From positions 1-30,102 of the IMG/VR virus record IMGVR_UViG_3300030376_003544: a DNA stretch of 30,102 nucleotides. One strand, written 5' to 3'. Source of the stretch: a virus. Lineage: Duplodnaviria > Caudoviricetes. A program made the translations under genes and the position numbers. Positions 23,753 through 30,102 of the stretch are shown piece by piece. Below the pieces are notes generated by a model, which was not told the DNA's origin, did no database searches, and worked only from the letters and a program-made list of their open reading frames with translations. Every line of letters begins with the position of its first letter. Positions within the stretch are counted from its first letter, which is position 1.

Positions 23753-23941
23753 ATGACTACTAAATCAGTATGTCCAAAAGGAGAAAAGTATGATGTAGCT
23801 AAAGGCTACTGTGTTCCAATACCAGGTTTCAAGAAAAGAGAGCTTACAGATAATATACGTATAACTGGAACAAAGTATGCTACGGGCGGTAAAGTTTCAA
23901 GCTACTATAAAAAAGGCGGTAACGTCATAACAGGGAGATAG
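23753..23941 (+). CDS. Small basic protein with GGxV motifs
   Basis: CPKG...C motif, YATGGKV and YKKGGNV. Confidence 0.65.
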   Translation: MTTKSVCPKGEKYDVAKGYCVPIPGFKKRELTDNIRITGTKYATGGKVSSYYKKGGNVITGR

Positions 23942-23943
23942 AT

Positions 23944-24183
23944 ATGCCTCAAGCAAATCCAATAGCTAAGAAAAAAGTAGAAGCTCAAAAGGCTTATAAA
24001 AAAGCAGTGACTGCAAAAGCTCAACAAAAAAAAGGAATGTGGAGAGCTGGAATGTATTCAAATATTGACAAACCTACACCCAGACCTAAGTTTAAAGGTA
24101 ATACTGATAGCAAAGGTAATCCTACTAATTTAAAAACAGCTAAGTATTATAAAGGCGGTGGTAACATCGTATCATGTAGATAA
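23944..24183 (+). CDS. Small basic protein with GGxI motif
   Basis: Ends YYKGGGNIVSCR, paralogous to the previous ORF's C-terminus. Confidence 0.65.
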   Translation: MPQANPIAKKKVEAQKAYKKAVTAKAQQKKGMWRAGMYSNIDKPTPRPKFKGNTDSKGNPTNLKTAKYYKGGGNIVSCR

Positions 24184-24202
24184 TAAAATAACGGAGGGAA
24201 CT

Positions 24203-24448
24203 ATGTACGTTATAAAAACAAATGCAGGAAATATATACCCAGTAGAAAAGTGTGTATACAGAATAGGTGCAGCTACAGGTGGTGGTTATAAATTAACTCA
24301 CTTACAACTTCTTCAAACAAATGAAGCTGCAGGTGCTTCACCTATACCAATATTACAAGGAACTCCTAGTACAGCAACAGCTGGAGACTTATTAGGTTAC
24401 ATTGGTAAGACTGGTAGATTTATTGCTATCACAGAACCAGCTACTTAA
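24203..24448 (+). CDS. Hypothetical virion-module protein
   Basis: Start reassigned to MYVIKT, which follows GGAGG. Confidence 0.65.
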   Translation: MYVIKTNAGNIYPVEKCVYRIGAATGGGYKLTHLQLLQTNEAAGASPIPILQGTPSTATAGDLLGYIGKTGRFIAITEPAT

Positions 24449-24460
24449 TAGGGGTTGAGG

Positions 24461-24808
24461 ATGGCAAAAGAAAACGAATTTACATTTGGTAGTTCTACAA
24501 TAAAACCAAAGGAAGGTATTAGAGCAGGATTTGATTTAGCTACAGGTAACTGGGAAGCTAATCAAGATGTTTCACAATATTTAAAAAGTGCTCAGCTAGA
24601 TAGAGATAGAGAGTCATACTTTGGAAGAAAAGAAAATAAAAGTGGCTTTAGAAAAATGGCCACTATACCTGATATTGTAGCTATTAAAATTAAAGAAGAT
24701 CACGGAATAGATCTACATGAAACTACATTTATGCGTGATAATGATAAAATGAAAAAGCTAAAGTACATATTACAGACGGAATATAAACATTTGCTTGTAA
24801 ACACTTAG
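24461..24808 (+). CDS. Conserved post-capsid protein
   Basis: FRKMATIPDIV...GID motif, typical of genes following this capsid type. Confidence 0.7.
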   Translation: MAKENEFTFGSSTIKPKEGIRAGFDLATGNWEANQDVSQYLKSAQLDRDRESYFGRKENKSGFRKMATIPDIVAIKIKEDHGIDLHETTFMRDNDKMKKLKYILQTEYKHLLVNT

Positions 24809-24818
24809 GGAGATAATT

Positions 24819-25922
24819 ATGCCAACTTATGCAAACTTTACAGCATTAGTAAGGGATTGGTCTAATAAAGATTCATCTGTATTATCTGATACCAGGATTC
24901 AAGATTGTTTAAGATATGCTGCAGATAAGTGTTATAGGAATCTTAGAGTTGCATCTCTTGAAAGTACTATAACTTATACTTCAGCTGCTTTACTTGATGC
25001 TACTACATCTGGAAATGCATTAGTTCCTAGTAAAACTGAATTAACTTTACCAGCAGATTTAATAGAATTTATACAGATAAGAGAAATAGATTCAGCTGGT
25101 AGAACTTGTAGAGTATTTAATGAGAAGACTGATCTCAGAACTTATAACGATTGGTATGCAGAAAAATATGATTACATGGCTTATTGGTCAAGAGTCGGTA
25201 ATACTTTATTACTATCACCTGGATTTAATCAGGGAAACGTAGGAAAGCCTGATAAGATAGAATTACATTATTATAAAAGATTACCAGCATTAAATGCTTT
25301 GTATTCAGTTAACCCATCTAACTACGCTGCAGGATTTTTAACACAATCAAACAGTGGAACTACTAGATTATATTTTGTAGATGGTAATACTAATACTGCT
25401 TATGCTACACAAGAAGAAGCTAATGCTGCCGATACAACTAGAGTAACTGCTAAAGTAAATGTGGCTGTAAATAATTCTCAAGCAATTACTGTTGATGATA
25501 TTAAAAATGTTTCTGGAGCTACAGGAACTATTACAGATACTATGGAGTTATCAGGTACTGGCGTAACACTTAATACTTCTACTGGTAGAGCACCTCTAGT
25601 AACTAATGATAATAATCAAGCTAGTATTGTTGTAGATACTGCACAAACACTCAGTGATAATATTGATTTAACATTTTCAAATACTAACAGTGATAAGTAT
25701 GTAGGTAATGAAACATACAACTGGTTAAGAGATGATAATGAAAGAGTTCTATTAATGGGAGCTTTAGCAGAAGCCTTTGCTTATTTACAAGATGATGATC
25801 AAGCTGCTAAATACAAACAATTATTTAATGAAGAAATATTAGAACTAAATGATGAGGATGCTAAGCGTAATGCTTCTGGAGGAAATATTCAGGTAACTTA
25901 TAACGGAAGAGGGTTAATCTAA
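24819..25922 (+). CDS. Head-tail adaptor / tail tubular protein with an inserted domain
   Basis: YANFTALVRDW...LPADLIE...IELHYYKRLPAL and NWL...LLMGALAEAFAYLQDD halves, separated by a T/N-rich insert. Confidence 0.75.
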   Translation: MPTYANFTALVRDWSNKDSSVLSDTRIQDCLRYAADKCYRNLRVASLESTITYTSAALLDATTSGNALVPSKTELTLPADLIEFIQIREIDSAGRTCRVFNEKTDLRTYNDWYAEKYDYMAYWSRVGNTLLLSPGFNQGNVGKPDKIELHYYKRLPALNALYSVNPSNYAAGFLTQSNSGTTRLYFVDGNTNTAYATQEEANAADTTRVTAKVNVAVNNSQAITVDDIKNVSGATGTITDTMELSGTGVTLNTSTGRAPLVTNDNNQASIVVDTAQTLSDNIDLTFSNTNSDKYVGNETYNWLRDDNERVLLMGALAEAFAYLQDDDQAAKYKQLFNEEILELNDEDAKRNASGGNIQVTYNGRGLI

Positions 25923-27730
25923 TGGCAACACCAGCAGCTCCAGATACAACAAATAAAATAGGATCGACTACTGATGAATCTAAAGGTGGTCTATTCAATA
26001 CAGGTGATAGTGTAATATTATCTACATTATCTACTGCAATAGCAGCAGATGTAACAGCAGCTCAAGCTTCCGCAGATTCAGCGGCAGCTAGTGCAACAAC
26101 AGCAACTGAGCAGGCTGCATTAGCCGCTGCAAGTTTTGATGAATTCGATGACAGATATTTAGGAAGCAAAAGTAGTGATCCTAGTGTAGACAATGATGGT
26201 AATGCATTATTAACAGGTGCATTGTATTTTAATTCAAGTGATAACTTAATTAAATCCTGGACAGGTTCGGCTTGGATATTAATTAAACCTACAACTACAG
26301 AGCAAGGTCATATTAATACTGTTTCAGGTATTGCAGGTAATGTAACAAAAGTTGCAAATATAGATGCTAACGTAACAAAAGTTGCAGATATAGATGCTAA
26401 TGTAACAAAAGTTGCAAATATAGATGCTAACGTAACAAAAGTTGCAAATATAGATTCTAATGTTACTACCGTAGCTGGAATAGATAGTGATGTAACAACT
26501 GTTGCAGGTAAAGCTACAGAGATTGGAAGGTTAGGCACAACTCAAGCAGTAGCAGATATGTTAGCTTTAGGTACAAGCCAAAATGTAACTAACATGAATA
26601 ACTTAAACGGTACTAATGTTATTACACATATGAATAATTTAGGTACAAGTACTAACGTAACTAATATGGCTAACTTAAATGCTAGTGGTGTTATAAGTAA
26701 TATAGCTGCTTTAAATGCTAGTGGTGTTATAAGTAATATTGCAACAGTTGCAGGAATAGATAGTGATGTAACAGCTGTTGCAGGTAAAGCTACTGAAGTA
26801 GGAAGATTGGGTACAACTCAAGCAGTAGCGGATATGTTAGCTTTAGGTACAAGTCAGAATGTAACTAACATGAATAACCTTAATGGTACTAACGTTATTA
26901 CACATATGAATAATTTAGGTACAAGTGCTAATGTAACTAACATGGCTAACTTAAATGGTACCAATGTTATTACACATATGGCTAACTTAAATGGCACTAA
27001 TGTTATAAGTAATATGGCTGCTTTAAATGCTAGTGGTGTTATAAGTAATATTGGTGTTGTAGCTAGTAATGTTAGTCATGTAGAAGACGTAGCTGATGAT
27101 ATAGCAAATGTTAATACGGTTGCTACAAATATAACTAATGTAAATACTTTTGCCAATACTTATTTTATAGCTAGCTCTGCGCCTACAGGCGGTACAGTAG
27201 GTGAAGGCGACTTATGGTATGATACTGCTAATGACGAAATGAAAGTGCATAATGGTTCTTCATTTGTAACTTTTATTTCAACTTATAATACAGGTAATTT
27301 ATCAGAAGGATCTAATTTATATTATACAAATGCAAGAGCTGATGCCAGAATTACAAATGCTTTTAATAGTAATGTAACTCTTGCTGGGGAACTTAGAGGT
27401 CCAGCTACATTTGTCATTGACCCAGCAGTGGTAGGAAATAATACAGGCCTTGTTCAGATTAAAGGAAACTTACAAGTAGATGGTACTACCACTACAGTAA
27501 ATTCTCAAACATTAGATGTGGCAGATAAAAATATAACTGTTGCAAATGGTGCTGCAAATAAAGGAGCTGCAGATGGTGGTGGTCTTACAGTTGATTGTGG
27601 AAGTGATACTGATGCAACATTAACTTATGCAAGCTCAGATGATACTTGGAATGTAAATAAAACTTTCAAAGTAAACTCAGCTGAAGTAGCAACACAAGGC
27701 TTTGCGGTGGCAATGGCAATAGCATTATAG
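25922..27730 (+). CDS. Tail fibre protein with internal repeats
   Basis: FDDRYLGSKSSDP..DNDGNALLTGALYFN, VANIDANVTK repeats, GDLWYD, GNLQVDGTTTTVNS and FAVAMAIAL. Confidence 0.85.
   Translation: MATPAAPDTTNKIGSTTDESKGGLFNTGDSVILSTLSTAIAADVTAAQASADSAAASATTATEQAALAAASFDEFDDRYLGSKSSDPSVDNDGNALLTGALYFNSSDNLIKSWTGSAWILIKPTTTEQGHINTVSGIAGNVTKVANIDANVTKVADIDANVTKVANIDANVTKVANIDSNVTTVAGIDSDVTTVAGKATEIGRLGTTQAVADMLALGTSQNVTNMNNLNGTNVITHMNNLGTSTNVTNMANLNASGVISNIAALNASGVISNIATVAGIDSDVTAVAGKATEVGRLGTTQAVADMLALGTSQNVTNMNNLNGTNVITHMNNLGTSANVTNMANLNGTNVITHMANLNGTNVISNMAALNASGVISNIGVVASNVSHVEDVADDIANVNTVATNITNVNTFANTYFIASSAPTGGTVGEGDLWYDTANDEMKVHNGSSFVTFISTYNTGNLSEGSNLYYTNARADARITNAFNSNVTLAGELRGPATFVIDPAVVGNNTGLVQIKGNLQVDGTTTTVNSQTLDVADKNITVANGAANKGAADGGGLTVDCGSDTDATLTYASSDDTWNVNKTFKVNSAEVATQGFAVAMAIAL
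26340..26460 (+). repeat. 30-nt tandem repeat x4 inside the tail fibre gene
   Basis: (T/C)GTAACAAAAGTTGCA(A/G)ATATAGAT(G/T)CTAA units encoding NVTKVANIDA. Confidence 0.9.
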
Positions 27731-27740
27731 GGAGAAAATA

Positions 27741-28076
27741 ATGGCACAGAATTTTAGACAATATAAAGAAAGAAACATAGGGGCGACTCCAGTAGATATG
27801 CCTAATGGTTCTAACTTTGATAGTTATGATTGTATTGTAGGAATACGATTAGCAAACACTCATACACAATCAATTACAGTAGAAGCTTATATAACAAGTG
27901 GTGGTGCAAACTATTATCTTATTAAGAATGCACCGATTCCAAGTGGTTCAAGTTTAGAGCTTATAGATGGTGGTGCTAAAGTAGTTTGTATAAGTGGAGA
28001 TAGACTATATATTAAATCAGATACAGCAACTTCATTAGACGCAATTGTTTCTGTTGTAGATGCAATTAGTACATAG
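27741..28076 (+). CDS. Tail-associated structural protein
   Basis: IVGIRLAN...YLIKNAPIPSGSSLELIDGGAKVV, a family common in marine podoviruses. Confidence 0.75.
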   Translation: MAQNFRQYKERNIGATPVDMPNGSNFDSYDCIVGIRLANTHTQSITVEAYITSGGANYYLIKNAPIPSGSSLELIDGGAKVVCISGDRLYIKSDTATSLDAIVSVVDAIST

Positions 28077-28084
28077 GAGGAGTT

Positions 28085-29275
28085 ATGCCATACGTAGGAA
28101 ATCCGTTAGCTGATGCTTATTCGGCTAGGGTAAAACAAGATCTTACAGGGGGAAGTGGTACTAGCTTTACTTTAAGTCATGCAGTATCAAGTCCTAATGA
28201 TTTATCTGTTTATATAAATCATGTGCGACAAGAACCAACTACTGCTTATACAGTTAATGGAACTGCATTAGAAACTACAGGTACTGTTGCAGGAACAGAT
28301 GACTTTTATATTATATATGATGAGTTAGCAGTACAAAGTATTTCACATCCGACTAATCAGGCTCTGACTGCTACAGCTGGTACGTTTACTAGTGGGTTAG
28401 TGGGAACTACTGGAACTTTTAGTGGAGCTTTGAGTGCAACTACTGGTACGTTCAGTGGTGCTGTAGATATTCAAGGGCAAGAATTAATTCTAGATGCAGA
28501 TAATGATACGAGTATAACTGCCGATACAGATGACCAAATCGATTTTAAAGTAAATAGCATTGATAGTTTTCTTGTAGGTCAAGACTATGTAAGAGTTAAG
28601 GGTGTTCACCCAGACCTTTATATAACCGATACTGATGATGGTTCTAATAATGATGCTGGTTTATTCTATAATAATGGAGTTTTATCTATAAGTGCAGATC
28701 ATTCTAATGTTGCAGCTAATAGTGCAATGGTATTCTTTACTGATGGTACTGAAAGAGCAAGATTTAATACTGCTGGTAATTTAGCTTTTGCAGCTAACAA
28801 AGGAATAGACTTTGCTAATGCTTCTGCTGGAACTGGTGGTAGTGGAGGTGCAGAAACTTCAACAGCTACTGTCCTCGATGATTATGAAGAGGGAACTTTT
28901 GCAGTTTCTTCAAATAGTGTAACTGGTGGTTCAATTACAGAAAAGGGTATGTATGTAAAAGTAGGTAATATGTGCACTTGTTCTGTAAGATTTACACCAA
29001 GTGGTTCTAGTACAAATGGTCATCAATTTGGTATATATTTGCCTTTTAAAGCTGGCACAACAGAAGGCAGTGGTTCATACAATACTTGGTTAGGTTCTGG
29101 TATGTTTCCTTCTGCTAGTGGTAATGGTCAACATAGAATCTGGACATTAGGTGGAGACAGTAATTATGTTGATATAAAAACACAAAATGCAAGTGATACA
29201 ACACAAGTAACTGGTAATTCAATGGGTGGCAGTTTCAATATGAGTTTTAGTATAACATATCAAACAATAGATTAG
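28085..29275 (+). CDS. Tail fibre / receptor-binding protein
   Basis: MPYVGN, VYINHVRQEP, LILDADNDTSITADTDDQIDF, TERARF and LDDYEEGTF motifs. Confidence 0.85.
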   Translation: MPYVGNPLADAYSARVKQDLTGGSGTSFTLSHAVSSPNDLSVYINHVRQEPTTAYTVNGTALETTGTVAGTDDFYIIYDELAVQSISHPTNQALTATAGTFTSGLVGTTGTFSGALSATTGTFSGAVDIQGQELILDADNDTSITADTDDQIDFKVNSIDSFLVGQDYVRVKGVHPDLYITDTDDGSNNDAGLFYNNGVLSISADHSNVAANSAMVFFTDGTERARFNTAGNLAFAANKGIDFANASAGTGGSGGAETSTATVLDDYEEGTFAVSSNSVTGGSITEKGMYVKVGNMCTCSVRFTPSGSSTNGHQFGIYLPFKAGTTEGSGSYNTWLGSGMFPSASGNGQHRIWTLGGDSNYVDIKTQNASDTTQVTGNSMGGSFNMSFSITYQTID

Positions 29276-29283
29276 AGGTAAAA

Positions 29284-29598
29284 ATGGCTTTAACAGAAAA
29301 AACAATATACGATAAAGTAGAAGTAGTCGGAGACGAAGGTTGGACTATTCAATGGCGAAGAAATGACCAAGTTTTAAAAGATGGGAATGTGATAGCTAAT
29401 AGTTATCATAGAGGATTAGTAGAACCTATTAACTCATCTTATGATTTAGAAAATAAAGAATGGGTTTATACAGAACATGATATGTCTAAAGAACCATTTA
29501 GTGATGCTAAAATAAAAACAATAGCTACAGCACTTTGGACAGATGATGTAAAGACAGCTTTTAAAAAATATGTGGAAGATAATAGGACACCTAAATAG
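29284..29598 (+). CDS. Tail fibre-associated (chaperone-like) protein
   Basis: MALTEK..DKVEVV...KDGNVIANSYHR...ALWTDDVK; this type usually follows LDDYEEG fibres. Confidence 0.7.
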   Translation: MALTEKTIYDKVEVVGDEGWTIQWRRNDQVLKDGNVIANSYHRGLVEPINSSYDLENKEWVYTEHDMSKEPFSDAKIKTIATALWTDDVKTAFKKYVEDNRTPK

Positions 29599-29609
29599 GA
29601 GAATAAATA

Positions 29610-30102
29610 ATGGCACTATCAAAAATAATAACTGCAAGTATCACAGATGCTGCTGTTACTGGTGTAAAAATAGGTGGTTTTTCTAATATAACTGGTGGTG
29701 TAGAACAAGAATACGAATCAGGTGGAACTAATTATAGGTCACATTCTTTCTTGACTCCTGGCACTCATAGATTTAGTACAAGCACTGCATTAACTATAGA
29801 TCTTCTTATAGTAGCTGGAGGTGGTGGTGCAGCCCAAGCATCAAGTAACACTGTAACAACTGGTGGTGCAGGTGCTGGTGGATTAGTTGAAGGAACTTCC
29901 CAAACTTTAGCTGCTGGAAATTATACGATCGTTGTTGGTGATGGTGGTGCAAAGTCAACAGGTACAACAACAAATGGTAGTAATGGTGGAAATAGTACAT
30001 TCAATAGTTTCACTGCAACTGGTGGTGCTGGAGCTCCTACCTATGAAGGTGGTGCAAGAAATGGTGGAAGTGGTGCTGGAGGTTCTGAAGACAATGAACC
30101 AG
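29610..30102 (+). CDS. Glycine-rich tail protein (partial, runs off the window edge)
   Basis: Translated by hand: MALSKIITASITD...YRSHSF...DLLIVAGGGG...GGAGAGG; AGGAGA RBS. Confidence 0.8.
   Translation, partial: MALSKIITASITDAAVTGVKIGGFSNITGGVEQEYESGGTNYRSHSFLTPGTHRFSTSTALTIDLLIVAGGGGAAQASSNTVTTGGAGAGGLVEGTSQTLAAGNYTIVVGDGGAKSTGTTTNGSNGGNSTFNSFTATGGAGAPTYEGGARNGGSGAGGSEDNEP

Noticed and set aside
25922-30102. Diversity-generating retroelement acting on the tail fibres
   Set aside because: No reverse transcriptase and no TR/VR pair differing at adenines; the repeats are in-frame structural duplications.

Overview
This window is about 30 kb of an AT-rich, lytic, podovirus-like dsDNA phage, probably marine with an alphaproteobacterial host (inferred from gene content). 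It has two divergent arms. The minus-strand arm (about 13.2 kb down to position 1) carries early/accessory genes, SSB, tRNA-His, a nucleotide-metabolism block, a T7-type PolA, an exonuclease, a RusA-like resolvase and a primase/helicase. The plus-strand arm (from 13.76 kb) carries TerL, portal, a BMP-family substrate-binding protein, Hsp20, scaffold, capsid, adaptor and tail fibres. A lone plus-strand TerS-like gene sits inside the minus arm. Two signals stand out. (1) A predicted cytosine-substitution module: a thymidylate-synthase homologue with Asp at the Asn177 specificity position (dCMP-type), a MazG-like pyrophosphatase, a DUF1599/Nmad-like protein, a T4 DenB-like nuclease, and a PolA with Q/F at the 710/766 positions. 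(2) A rich non-coding regulatory layer: six covarying triloop hairpins on the template strand upstream of minus-strand units, four covarying H-type pseudoknots in 5' leaders plus a fifth relative after terL, a T7-promoter-like motif shared by terS and terL, a motif following terminators, and an array of 7-8 consecutive hairpins at the divergence point. All family assignments come from motif recognition by eye; no searches were run.
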